Shown: positions 38,152 through 47,963, counted from the first letter of the stretch. The stretch: 64,000 bases of DNA from an uncultured Verrucomicrobiae bacterium (GCA_963731265.1 CAVSUE010000001.1:704001-768000); one strand, 5' to 3'. Program-made: numbers and translations. Notes: a model not told the origin generated them from the letters alone.

Positions 38152-39089
38152 CAGACGCAACATGCGATTGGTTTCAGATCAGAAAATGGTGACTCGGGTA
38201 AATACTGATTCGTATAAACTTTTTCAAGCTCGAATGAATCAGGCAAAATCCCGAGATGGGTTGAATAGCGATACACCTTGTTCCAATCGCGGTCTACATT
38301 GAGAAGATTGCGCGAAAAGAATGGGAGTGTGCGGAGAAAAATTGCCTTGTGCATCTCAGTGCGCAAGGCCGGTTTTGTACCGCAAAGGATATCAAAGGCT
38401 TTTCCTGGTTCTTCTACTGTGAATGCGGCCCCTCTTTGAGTAGCGAGGAGAAAACCCTTGACTAATTCTGGATGCGCTTTAACAAACTTCTCGCAAGCGA
38501 TGAATTGGATCGAACAGAAACAGCAGCAGCCCAAACCTGCCAATTGGTCAATCCGGAGAAGGTTAGCTTCTCCTCCGAGGTGTTCCAGCTCCACCTTTTG
38601 GAAGTTGATAAAACCGATACCCGCATCGATTTTTCCTCTGAGAATCGCATCAGTGACGTTCATCCCTACTCGCACTGTTTCATAAGATGCAGGTTCTATC
38701 CCAGCTAAACGGGCAAGGTCATCAATGATCTTTTTTCCGAATTCACCAATATATCCGATTTTTTTTCCGACGATATCCTGAAAAGTATGAATACCACTGG
38801 ACTTTAGGGAGAGCAAGCCAGTAGGGGGTTCATCGAGCAGTGTTCCCAAGGAAATGATAGGAAATCCTTTTGCCCGCCCGGCCAATGTATGGATCATCGC
38901 TTTAAGACCCAAATCCATCGCTCCTACGCCTACTGCCTCAGTCACATCGCTCGGATCGGTTGGTTCGAAAAGAGCGAGTTTGATTCCTGCGCTCTCATAG
39001 TATCCCAACTCCTGAGCAACAAAGAGAGGAGTATGATAGGGATTCGCATACCAGTTAAGAAGAAAATTTGTTCTGGTTTTTTTCGTCAT
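38151..39089 (-). CDS. thi5: THI5/NMT1-type HMP-P synthase
   Basis: LNWYANPYH, GLKAMIH (PLP Lys and substrate His), GYIGEFGK, LGCCCFCS. Confidence 0.9.
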   Translation of the reverse strand: MTKKTRTNFLLNWYANPYHTPLFVAQELGYYESAGIKLALFEPTDPSDVTEAVGVGAMDLGLKAMIHTLAGRAKGFPIISLGTLLDEPPTGLLSLKSSGIHTFQDIVGKKIGYIGEFGKKIIDDLARLAGIEPASYETVRVGMNVTDAILRGKIDAGIGFINFQKVELEHLGGEANLLRIDQLAGLGCCCFCSIQFIACEKFVKAHPELVKGFLLATQRGAAFTVEEPGKAFDILCGTKPALRTEMHKAIFLRTLPFFSRNLLNVDRDWNKVYRYSTHLGILPDSFELEKVYTNQYLPESPFSDLKPIACCV

Positions 39090-39137
39090 TATTTACCTCA
39101 TGAAAAAATAAAGAATGACGAAGGAGTAGACGTCCTT

Positions 39138-39206
39138 GCGCTGGCATTATCCAGATCAAGTTCTACGGGTGTTTCTCAGCCGGAAAGTCCAGCACCCCGC
39201 GTCATT
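39138..39206 (-). ncRNA. TPP riboswitch
   Basis: Minus strand GCGGGGTGCTGG...GGCTGAGAAACACCCGTAGAACTTGATCTGGATAATGCCAGCGCAAGGA directly 5' of the thi operon. Confidence 0.95.
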
Positions 39207-39214
39207 GACAAGTG

Positions 39215-39243
39215 ATGTTATTTGTTCACCGCTCACTTTTCAA
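39215..39243 (-). promoter_or_regulatory. Putative promoter of the thi operon
   Basis: TTGAAA-N17-TAACAT ending just upstream of the riboswitch. Confidence 0.6.
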
Positions 39244-39403
39244 GTCAAAAATTTCTTAACATAAATTTTTTGCATTTGAATGATTTAAGAAATGGGGCAA
39301 TGATACCTTATTTTCATGAGTACAGATCCATTTATGATGTCGGATCAAATCACAAAATCGAATTTTTTCTTCTCCAATTTCCTGACTGGAGAGTTTCAGT
39401 GAA

Positions 39404-39655
39404 TCAGTCGAGATTAAATGATTGCAGAAGATCCTTGCTTTGGCGGATTAAAGCCATAGCCTCTCGATGAAGGACTCGAGCTTCTTGAGTTTGACCTCCA
39501 TGTAGTAGGGCTGCCCGGCGAGCGCGCTCTTTTCCTATTTTGGTTTTCGGCCCTCTAGATGTTCCTCCGTGCATGTGGCACGTACGCCTGCCGCGGACGG
39601 CCCACTTGAGGCATTGTTCTTGAGATCTTTTGCTGTTTGCTGTGCACTGAGCCAC
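39404..39655 (-). CDS. HGGxSTG-domain protein
   Basis: CTANSKRSQEQC...CHMHGGTSRGPKTKIGKER...LLHG. Confidence 0.8.
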   Translation of the reverse strand: MAQCTANSKRSQEQCLKWAVRGRRTCHMHGGTSRGPKTKIGKERARRAALLHGGQTQEARVLHREAMALIRQSKDLLQSFNLD

Positions 39656-39670
39656 AATGATCCAACGGGT

Positions 39671-40294
39671 TCAATTCATGATTTTTTCCATTGACCCCTC
39701 CCCGCGAGGCTGGGAGGAGAGGTTTTGGGCAACTATAGCCTGCCCTTCATTGTGAACGTGAAGGACTTGTACCATTTGCTGTCCGCCAGAGCGATATTTC
39801 AAAACGGTCTGCATGGTTTGATTGGCTGTATTCAAAAGCTTGTTGGCCAAAATAAAAAGCCTCTCCTCGTGGTAGAAGCTATCTTGCGCGTTAGCCTGTC
39901 TTAGGCATTTCATTCCTGAGTCATGGAGAGCGAGAAATTGACCGAGCAGCAACGCTTCAGTCTCATCTTTTGGTCGTAAAGCAGGCAATAAGGTCGAGGC
40001 TTCATTTATTCGAGTGACATGATTCTCTGCTGACATTCCATACGAAACTTTGCCTAGAATTTTTTCTCCGATTTTCAGGTCAGTAGTGCCAGTGGTTTTT
40101 TTGAGTGCTGTTTTCAAACTTTTTGCATCGAGTTGACTGCCATCCGATAGCTCAATCGAATCAAACTCGTTTCTCCCAGTCTGTTCATTAAATTTATAGT
40201 TCCATTGAAGAACAGGTCCAGGCTCAATCTCAGGATTATTCCCTGTTGCAACGACCTCTTGCTGTTTTTTATCTATTTCCTGCGATGTTTTCAT
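39671..40294 (-). CDS. Hypothetical protein of the type found next to HGGxSTG genes
   Basis: PKDETEALLLGQFLALH...KYRSGGQQMVQVLHVHNEGQAIV. Confidence 0.7.
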   Translation of the reverse strand: MKTSQEIDKKQQEVVATGNNPEIEPGPVLQWNYKFNEQTGRNEFDSIELSDGSQLDAKSLKTALKKTTGTTDLKIGEKILGKVSYGMSAENHVTRINEASTLLPALRPKDETEALLLGQFLALHDSGMKCLRQANAQDSFYHEERLFILANKLLNTANQTMQTVLKYRSGGQQMVQVLHVHNEGQAIVAQNLSSQPRGEGSMEKIMN

Positions 40295-40533
40295 AAATCA
40301 CCCCAATTTTTTGGAAACTTCTAATAATTTACCATCTGATCCTCATTATAAATTATTTAATTAATTTTAAACCAAGATGCGACAACAAAAAACGCTGACG
40401 CTCAGAATTTTGTGATTATTTTTACGGTGTTCATAGAAGCCCGTGCACAAATCGTGCACAATTCAAAAGCACTGATAATCAATGGAATACGATAATTTTC
40501 AGGTCCTAATCCAAAGAGCCGTACATAATCGAG

Positions 40534-41991
40534 TCAAGCCCAGAAAGGAAGATAGAAAGCGCTCTTTCCAGCACCGACCTCGTCTCCTTGCGGCTTGACC
40601 AGATTCTCTTGTATTGCATCTCGAATGATTCGATAAGCGAGCGAATAGCTAGATTGCTTGATCCCCAAGCGATTCCGCAAAGACTCATTTGTCATCTTTT
40701 TACCAATGACATGCTGAAGACAGGCATGCTGATAGGCAGCCCGAGTCCGTTCCTTGGAATCCATCTCCTTTAGCGTTTTATGCCCATATAAAACGGCAAG
40801 AGTGCTTTGAGTCGTTTTTCGAAAATCTGGGGCAGGAAGCTGGAAAAATTCGATCTGTAGAATGACTTTATCGACCCCTGTTCCACGCTCTTCGCATAGA
40901 TTTAACCTGCGCATAAGACGTGCTAATATTTCGTTGCGTGAACGTGGAGTTTCATCAATAAATCGAAGGATATCAATCAATGGCAAGCCTGGATTTGAGA
41001 TTTCAACCCGATTTGCAAAAATCTCTACCATGGGACCAGCGCCGGTAATGTTGAAATCTTGATGGATCAGGGAGTTCGCTACCAATTCTCGGATAGCAAT
41101 TTTCGGATACATACGCACTTCTTGACGAAACGCCTCGCCGATATGCTCGTTTTGGGGAAGTTGGTCGTTGATATAAGCTACGGCTTCTTCGAAACCCAGA
41201 GCATACCCCTTTTTCATTTCATATTCCTTGATTGTTTCCATGCGACTGTCGCTGCGATAGAAAATGATTCTGAGAGTTTTTCTAGCCAGTCGATCGAAAT
41301 CCTCCAAGTTTTTAGCAAAAAGGATAGCACCCAAGTTTGAAATATCGTAACTTCCGCCATCTGATTGTGAAATCAGTTTTTCAGAAGCAAATCTCTCAAG
41401 AACCGCAGATCTATTTTCCGGATGAGGCAGCCTCATAAGATCGAAATAGGCAGGACAATTGAGGAGAGAAAGGATTTGGTCAGCAGGCACGTTCTTCATT
41501 GCGACGCCCTTCTCAAAAGCAGTCTGGCCTAAGATACGCCATAATTCCCTTTCTTTTTCTGGGCATTCCTGAAGCTTTTTCTTGTAAGTTCCTACTCTGA
41601 TGTATTCTGAACCCTTAAAACGAATCGGACGATGTGTTGCAGGTGCAAATTCAAACAGGACTACATAATTGCCATCAACCTCTCCCTCATGAATCCGCAG
41701 ATCGATTTGAGGATCGAGATGGAAAATTAGCCAGCTTTCAAGCTCTTGGCCGTTTACTCTAGCTTCTCTGGGACGGAAGTTTGTACCGATGATGCGACTG
41801 GTCATGTCTTCAATGCCCCATAAAATGTAAGCACTATGCCTTCCCAGCAAAGCTGCTCCGTTTGAGAGAGCGGAAATGTATTCACCTATGTCTTGCGGAT
41901 TTTCATTATTGTGCTTCAACTCCAGCCATTCTGACTCTTTGCGAAGAGAGGCAAGATTTCGTACAAGGCCTTGAAAGTTCAAGATATCCAA
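40534..41991 (-). CDS. Schlafen/AlbA_2 domain plus ATP-binding (HATPase_c_4-like) plus wHTH protein
   Basis: ESEWLELK, ISALSN, ILWGIED; AIRELVANSLIHQD, EISNPG, SRNE, CEERGTG. Confidence 0.85.
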   Translation of the reverse strand: MDILNFQGLVRNLASLRKESEWLELKHNNENPQDIGEYISALSNGAALLGRHSAYILWGIEDMTSRIIGTNFRPREARVNGQELESWLIFHLDPQIDLRIHEGEVDGNYVVLFEFAPATHRPIRFKGSEYIRVGTYKKKLQECPEKERELWRILGQTAFEKGVAMKNVPADQILSLLNCPAYFDLMRLPHPENRSAVLERFASEKLISQSDGGSYDISNLGAILFAKNLEDFDRLARKTLRIIFYRSDSRMETIKEYEMKKGYALGFEEAVAYINDQLPQNEHIGEAFRQEVRMYPKIAIRELVANSLIHQDFNITGAGPMVEIFANRVEISNPGLPLIDILRFIDETPRSRNEILARLMRRLNLCEERGTGVDKVILQIEFFQLPAPDFRKTTQSTLAVLYGHKTLKEMDSKERTRAAYQHACLQHVIGKKMTNESLRNRLGIKQSSYSLAYRIIRDAIQENLVKPQGDEVGAGKSAFYLPFWA

Positions 41992-42048
41992 ATTCGCTTC
42001 CTCAGTTCGTTAGATAGACATACAGCATAACTCTTTGAAGAATCATCT

Positions 42049-43071
42049 TCAAGATATGTATTGCGATTTCGGTTTCAATTTCAATCCAGATGATATCCAT
42101 GTTTTCAAATTACCTCCCTTTGCAAAATAATCACCGGGACTTTTCGCTTCAGGAACAGGCCAAGGCTCAAGATTTGGATAGGACTGCTGCCAATACGGGT
42201 ACTCCTTTTTCCCGGCTTCGTCAAAATCCAAAGCAAAAAGAATCAGTTTTCTTTTAAGCATCCATTCACGGAGAAGAGGACAAGGTCTTTTCTGGGCGCC
42301 TCCGAGAGCAATGCAGGTACAGAGATTTCCAGCTTCTTGAATGATAAGCATGGCGTCTAACTCGGCTTCCACGATGACGACAATCTCCTTCGATGGCATG
42401 CCGAAAATTGGAAGCATATTCGAGCTGCCAGGAACTTCATAATATTTCCCATAGAAATTCCCTTCTATCCACTCAGATTTACGGATTTTGAGCTTTCGAA
42501 TAGTATCATTTTCGAAGAGAGGGATGACAATTCCCGGGGGCAGGCATAGCCATTTGCGTTTATCCGTTTCCTCAAGCCCCCAATCTGCACGCCGATGAAA
42601 CATTTTGACAGGATTCCAGCCAATCTGGTTTTTCTTGATCGTATCAACGGACAGTCCGCGTTTCATGATTAGCTCCATCGCCGTTTTATCGATCAGAAGG
42701 CGTTGATGGGAACTTTCTGTAAATGCCCTGGCCTTATCTTGCCACGAGTCGGATGGTAAGTGAATGGGGGAGGGATCGGGCGGCTGTTGCCTAAATGGGA
42801 ATGAAGAGTCCGGAAGATCTTTTTTTGTTTTAGCGTATGCGTCGCGAAAGGATAGTTTTTGAAAATCTCTGCAAAACTGGATAGTATCGCCCTTTGCTTT
42901 GCATTGCCGGCACCAGTAGCTGTTCGTTTGAGGCCAGAACATAAATCGATCGTCTCCTCCGCATACCGGGCATGGGCAATGATATTCCCCGCCGTGGCTG
43001 GATGACGTTCTACGCGGTTCCCATCCCATTTCTTCAACCAGGTCTAAAAGATTCATCTGTTCCTTTCGCAA
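42049..43071 (-). CDS. DNA primase: P4-alpha-type zinc ribbon plus TOPRIM
   Basis: GEYHCPCPVCGGDDRF...WCRQC..KGD.I; VEAELDA; LDFDEAG. Confidence 0.85.
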   Translation of the reverse strand: MRKEQMNLLDLVEEMGWEPRRTSSSHGGEYHCPCPVCGGDDRFMFWPQTNSYWCRQCKAKGDTIQFCRDFQKLSFRDAYAKTKKDLPDSSFPFRQQPPDPSPIHLPSDSWQDKARAFTESSHQRLLIDKTAMELIMKRGLSVDTIKKNQIGWNPVKMFHRRADWGLEETDKRKWLCLPPGIVIPLFENDTIRKLKIRKSEWIEGNFYGKYYEVPGSSNMLPIFGMPSKEIVVIVEAELDAMLIIQEAGNLCTCIALGGAQKRPCPLLREWMLKRKLILFALDFDEAGKKEYPYWQQSYPNLEPWPVPEAKSPGDYFAKGGNLKTWISSGLKLKPKSQYIS

Positions 43072-43084
43072 TCGTCGTAAGAGC

Positions 43085-43204
43085 GGTCAGGGTGGTCGGG
43101 GTAAAAAAGCAAAACGCATAAGATTTTCTGAACTTTTCTTTGAGGATTCCAATTTTCTTGCGCGAATTGCAATTTTACCATGACCACAATGACCACCATG
43201 ACTA
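43085..43204. other. Iteron-like repeats, putative replication origin
   Basis: GGTCAGGGTGGTCGGGGTAAAA faces TTTTACCATGACCACAATGACCACCATGAC (9-bp period) across an AT-rich spacer. Confidence 0.55.
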
Positions 43205-44665
43205 TTCCCAGATCGCCGGGCTTTGTTTGTAAAATTTTTCAAATGAAGTCCGGCATTCTCCTAGGGATGGAAAGATATACATGACCGGACGCGATGGATT
43301 TTCTTCGCGCGGAGTTCTTTTAGTCGTAAGACCTGGGAAAATGGCCCGAAGCCTTTTTCCAATCAGTTCTTTGCGGAGGATCGATTGCTTTTCCTGCTCG
43401 CACCAGGTTTTGTAGTCAGTGTAGAACTTATCGATTGACTGATCTTTGAGCGTTTCAGAGGGCCCGGCATTGGCATGATCCCAACATCCTTCCTTTAGTG
43501 AGGCATGGATGAATCGATCGATGCTTGTGGTGCTTTCCAGCTTCATGTCAAAGCCGGCGAAATTATCAGGCATGATTCTTGGGTCGAATCCCGTTAGGTC
43601 TTCGTAGAGGAGATCATGCATGAGGGCTTCATGCCCCCCATTTTCAAGCTGATGACGGATGGCATGGAAGTAAGTAAGATCCTCTTTTCGCGCATTTGAC
43701 ACGTCGAGAACGAAGAATCTTCTATCATCGGGGTCAAGATGGACTGCCCAATCTTCATTGCTGCTGACGATCAGATGTTTGAAGTTATCGATCCAATAGC
43801 CGTCCTTGCCCTTTGCTTCGATGAACAGTTTCGGTTCCGTAACCAACGCCTTAAGGGCGCCGATTTCTTTCTTGTTGCCACCCCAGATCGCCTCGTCGGC
43901 AAAAATCAGGATTGCATTTTTTAGATGGGAATTGAATCTTCCAAGGATTTGATCAAGACTTGACAATGGAGCGTAGTGAGGGCCAAGTAGTTTACCGATG
44001 GCATCGACGAACGTGCCTTTGCCGGTTCCTTGCTTTCCTCGTAAAACGAGCGCGGTGGCGATGATCCAAGGCTTTTGAATCAAATGGGCGAGCCACTTTC
44101 TAACATAGATGTAGTGAACTTCATTCCCGCCGCAGATGACAACTTTCACATGATCCCAGAAAAGAGAGCAGTCGCCTTTTACTGGTTTCATCGCAAACCC
44201 CTTCCAAATATTGAAATTCCCATCATGATGGCCTGGAATTTTTGGATTAAAGACGATGTTTTTATAAGTACGGCGATGAGGACTTCTCAGCCATACTTGC
44301 GCCTTCGTAATCTTCTTGATATTATTACTGGAAAGTTCGGGAACAACCTGATTTTCATAGAGGATCAGCAGGGACGTTTTAGAATCTAAGACGAATTCGA
44401 TCTCGTCTTTTTCGATCAAAATGTAGGTGCTGGATGTATGGACGATTGCAATAGTGCGGTTTAGTTCATCCACGATCGAGGCTTCAATCGTTTCCTGTTC
44501 TTGTGCGGAAGGAACGTGTTTCTTTTCACTCTTAGCAGACACGGATTTTGATTTTTTTGTACGAGCCGCAGAAGCCTTCAATTCGGCAGCGCGTTTTTTT
44601 GATTTTTCCTCGGGGGTTTTTGTGTCCGAGGAAATCTCATCTTCTGATACAATGGGCTTATTCAT
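43202..44665 (-). CDS. SF3 (D5/DUF5906-like) helicase
   Basis: FNIWKGF, WLAHLIQKP, GKQGTGKG Walker A, FADEA, IEAKG, DDRRF; start placed at MNKP. Confidence 0.85.
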   Translation of the reverse strand: MNKPIVSEDEISSDTKTPEEKSKKRAAELKASAARTKKSKSVSAKSEKKHVPSAQEQETIEASIVDELNRTIAIVHTSSTYILIEKDEIEFVLDSKTSLLILYENQVVPELSSNNIKKITKAQVWLRSPHRRTYKNIVFNPKIPGHHDGNFNIWKGFAMKPVKGDCSLFWDHVKVVICGGNEVHYIYVRKWLAHLIQKPWIIATALVLRGKQGTGKGTFVDAIGKLLGPHYAPLSSLDQILGRFNSHLKNAILIFADEAIWGGNKKEIGALKALVTEPKLFIEAKGKDGYWIDNFKHLIVSSNEDWAVHLDPDDRRFFVLDVSNARKEDLTYFHAIRHQLENGGHEALMHDLLYEDLTGFDPRIMPDNFAGFDMKLESTTSIDRFIHASLKEGCWDHANAGPSETLKDQSIDKFYTDYKTWCEQEKQSILRKELIGKRLRAIFPGLTTKRTPREENPSRPVMYIFPSLGECRTSFEKFYKQSPAIWE

Positions 44666-44726
44666 ACTTTTTTTCCTTGATGGGTCGCTTTCATTGTCGT
44701 GAGAGGCGACCCATCTGCATTTTTGG

Positions 44727-44942
44727 TTATTTGCTGCCTTTTTCCCGGAGCAAACGAAAGAGGGTCTCGGGTAAAACAAGCCTTCGGCGGCCGATTTTCA
44801 AAAAAGCATTTTTCAATCCATTAATCTCGCATTCGAAAGCCATTTTTCGAAGGCCCCCTAAAGTGGGATATTCATAGATTTTACTAAAGCCCTTGAAAGT
44901 GATCGGGACTTCTTGGTTTTTAAAAGATTCAGAGTTGTTCAT
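44727..44942 (-). CDS. Small excisionase/AlpA-like DNA-binding protein
   Basis: 71 aa YPTLGGLRKMAF...NGL..AFLKIGRRRLV; position between integrase module and helicase. Confidence 0.65.
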   Translation of the reverse strand: MNNSESFKNQEVPITFKGFSKIYEYPTLGGLRKMAFECEINGLKNAFLKIGRRRLVLPETLFRLLREKGSK

Positions 44943-45115
44943 AACAAAGCCTGACTAACGGTTGTTTTCTTGAATAACTCTAATTGTCTCAGTTAATTTA
45001 TTTATAAAAAATGCAAATAAATCACGTCAGAATTTATGATTGGATTTTTGAATGGGTTATTACGAGCGGAAATAAAAAGCGATCTTTTTTTCTGACCGAG
45101 TTTTTGACCTTATTT

Positions 45116-46456
45116 TTAATATGGTCTTCCAGAATTTTTCTTTTTCTCTTTGGGGGTCCGAGGATCTAATTTATGTTTTTTTATGACCTCTTTCCACTTG
45201 GTCTTTGCATATACAAGCCTCTTAGGGCATTCTTTTTTATAGGCTATAAACATTTTGTTGTGAGACGCAAGAGGAAATTCAGCTCTATATTTTTTTGCAT
45301 GATCTATAATGAAGTTTTCACGCTCGATTCTGTATTGCTCTGCTTCAGTTAGCCGTTCTAATTGCGGAAGTGCAGGCGCATGTGGGGCTTGCGATGCCGT
45401 CTGAGCGTCTTGTATTCTGAATAATTGGATTGCAACGTGGCTCTTAAGAGACCGGAGATATTTCTCGTAGTCTCCTCGATGAATTCGATGCTCGCAAATG
45501 AGGAATGAATCAATTGAAGAACAAGGCTCATGAGACAGTTTTTGCTTGAAGGCCATTTTCGCGCCTAAGAGCACCTCTATTGCGCATCTCTCTTGAGCAG
45601 ATTTCCATGCCATTTCTCGTGTCAGTGACCATTCCCCATTTGATGGTCTGAGCGCTGGAAAACCCCCACTCGCGTTATAGCACTGTTGGAGGAATTGAAT
45701 TCTTTCCCAGCAAAAAACGGGATTAGTTTCTGCCATGTTGTGCATGTTCTGTCGCTTTTCATAGTCGTTTTGTCCTGGAATGAAGAACTTTTTTTCGATT
45801 GCTTCAGTTTTTGAGGAGAAGATAGCCGAAGGCATACACTCTGCCGATCGCTTGAAAGGCACAATGTTATTTTGCGCAGGAGCGAAGATTCTTTTGTGGA
45901 GATCGCGCCGCTTATCCTTTTTACTCAATTTACACAGAATGATTTTTCTCTTCGCGAAATATCTTTCTCGCGATGGATGGAGGTGGTTGAATTGGATAGA
46001 AGTACAGTTAAGCTCAGATTGTGCAGCTCTAAACAAATTGGGGGTTTCGTTTATAAAACGGCAAACCGGAGAGAAATAACGGAATTCCCATAATCGGAAA
46101 AGAATGCGGTGGTAAAGAGGGGAAAATGTAGTCTCATGCGGCGCAGTAACCATTCGCTTGATGCTTACGAGCTGTTTCCGATGTTTCAAGCTATGGCGGT
46201 GATATTTCCAAAGTTTCATCCAGCTGTCTTCAAGAGCTTCCAATGCGGCGATGCTGAATTCCTTCCTTTTGTTCCCAGACTCGTCTTCAAGTCCAAGTAG
46301 ATAATCCCTAAAATGCGGGTGCTCTTGAAGCCTTGAGGCAAGTTCAACGTATAGGGCATAAAAAGCGATGTCTTGTTCACTGCGTAAAATACGATCGCAG
46401 GCGGCATCAAATGCTTGGCGGAAGAGATTTGGGTCTGAGGGCAGATAGATTGTCAT
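45116..46456 (-). CDS. Hypothetical protein coupled to the integrase
   Basis: 446 aa ORF with ATGA overlap on the integrase stop; no recognised motif. Confidence 0.65.
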   Translation of the reverse strand: MTIYLPSDPNLFRQAFDAACDRILRSEQDIAFYALYVELASRLQEHPHFRDYLLGLEDESGNKRKEFSIAALEALEDSWMKLWKYHRHSLKHRKQLVSIKRMVTAPHETTFSPLYHRILFRLWEFRYFSPVCRFINETPNLFRAAQSELNCTSIQFNHLHPSRERYFAKRKIILCKLSKKDKRRDLHKRIFAPAQNNIVPFKRSAECMPSAIFSSKTEAIEKKFFIPGQNDYEKRQNMHNMAETNPVFCWERIQFLQQCYNASGGFPALRPSNGEWSLTREMAWKSAQERCAIEVLLGAKMAFKQKLSHEPCSSIDSFLICEHRIHRGDYEKYLRSLKSHVAIQLFRIQDAQTASQAPHAPALPQLERLTEAEQYRIERENFIIDHAKKYRAEFPLASHNKMFIAYKKECPKRLVYAKTKWKEVIKKHKLDPRTPKEKKKNSGRPY

Positions 46457-47553
46457 GAGGTTCCTCCTGGTGGGCCGATCAGATTATTACTGGTTTTTTG
46501 CAGAACGCGTGCGATATGTTCCTTGCTGAAATGGGCGTATCTTCTCGTCATCGCCGACGAACGGTGTCCCAAGATTTCCATAAGTTCGCCCTGGGTAGCT
46601 CCATTCATCGCGAGGTGGCTGGCGCAGGTATGCCGCAGATCGTGGTATTTGAAGTTCTGAATTCCAGCTAATTGGAGTGCATTCTGAAAAGCTTTTCTAA
46701 TCATGGAAGGCGGATGGCGCTTCGCCGGATCTTTAGAAGGGAACAGGAATTCATCCGGAAGTTTCGGACACTGCAAATCTTTGAGGTGGGCTGCGACTTG
46801 GCCAGGTAGCGGAACGACGCGAATATCGCCGTTTTTCGTCTGTTCGAGAGTTGCAAACCCGTTATCAAAATCGATGTGCTTCCAGCGGAGGCCGGCGATT
46901 TCTCCAAATCGCAGCCCCATCGAGGCGGCGATGAGGACCATGCCGTAAAGATGGGGATTCTTGCTTTCTTTGCAGTGGCCGAGGAGCGCATACAACTCTT
47001 CCTTGCTCAAGAAACGGTTCCGGCCGCCATTTTCTTTGAGTTTCGATACTCTGCGGAAAGGATTTTCGCTGATCCATTGCCACTCTTGAAAGGCGATAGT
47101 GAAGGCCCTGCTGAGGCTGGAGAAATATCGATTGACTGTGGAATTCGTGCGGTTTGTATTGCGGGGGGTTGTTCCGTTGAGCAGAAGCTCCTTTGCTTCC
47201 GCGAGCAGGGAAGGAGAAATCTCGATCAGGGGTTTATGCCCGTATTGGTCTCGCCACCATTTCAGGTGCGAGGATTGATCTTTGAGGCGGCAGGGGAACT
47301 TGCTGAGATGGAGGCGGGTGTATTGGTCGATCAGATCGGAGAGGGTATACTTGCGCGCCTTGTTGTCGGGCATGTATTTTCCCTCGAGGATTGAGCTTTC
47401 CTGTTTTCGAACCCAGTTCTTGGCGTCCGTCAAAGTCCTGAACGACTCGCGAAGGGGTTTAGCGTTTTTACGGCGCACTTCAGCGTGGAATGTGATAGAT
47501 CCATCTTTTTTCTTATACTTGCGAATACATCTGATATTGTCTGAGCTTTTCAT
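46453..47553 (-). CDS. Tyrosine recombinase / site-specific integrase
   Basis: GLRFGEI, TKNG, HDLRHT, LGH, MTRRYAH: complete R-K-H-R-H-Y set. Confidence 0.96.
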   Translation of the reverse strand: MKSSDNIRCIRKYKKKDGSITFHAEVRRKNAKPLRESFRTLTDAKNWVRKQESSILEGKYMPDNKARKYTLSDLIDQYTRLHLSKFPCRLKDQSSHLKWWRDQYGHKPLIEISPSLLAEAKELLLNGTTPRNTNRTNSTVNRYFSSLSRAFTIAFQEWQWISENPFRRVSKLKENGGRNRFLSKEELYALLGHCKESKNPHLYGMVLIAASMGLRFGEIAGLRWKHIDFDNGFATLEQTKNGDIRVVPLPGQVAAHLKDLQCPKLPDEFLFPSKDPAKRHPPSMIRKAFQNALQLAGIQNFKYHDLRHTCASHLAMNGATQGELMEILGHRSSAMTRRYAHFSKEHIARVLQKTSNNLIGPPGGTS

Positions 47554-47876
47554 AATCTTCTGGAACTCAAATTTGAATTTTAAAACATTAGGGAATTATT
47601 GGGATACAGGATAGACAATCCGTTGCTCCCGATGGTTCTCGTCATTGCTAATCAGTGCTCTTTGATCTTGCGGGATTCGAATTTACGCAATTTTTCCGCA
47701 TTTGAGGAAAAAGTTGACGTAGTTTCGGGGGCTGAATTGATGGGTATGTCTGAAAAGCGAATGATTCTGGTCGGTTCCAGTGATTTGCGTAAAAAGTGCG
47801 GAAAATCCGCTTTTTTGGAAAGTTTGACATGTGACCTCTGATTTAAAGTTCTTTGTTTCAGAGTCACTTAAGAATG

Positions 47877-47950
<74 letters not shown>

Positions 47951-47963
47951 ATGGGAAGAGAGA

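Noticed and set aside
38151..39089. ThiY-type ABC substrate-binding protein
   Set aside because: No signal peptide or permease/ATPase genes, and the THI5 catalytic motifs are present.
40441..40490. GTGCACAAATCGTGCACAA direct repeat as another element end
   Set aside because: It resembles an integrase arm site, but no att core is adjacent, so it cannot be supported as a boundary.
39300..47600. Prophage or ICE
   Set aside because: No capsid, portal, large terminase, tail, lysis, relaxase or T4SS genes seen.
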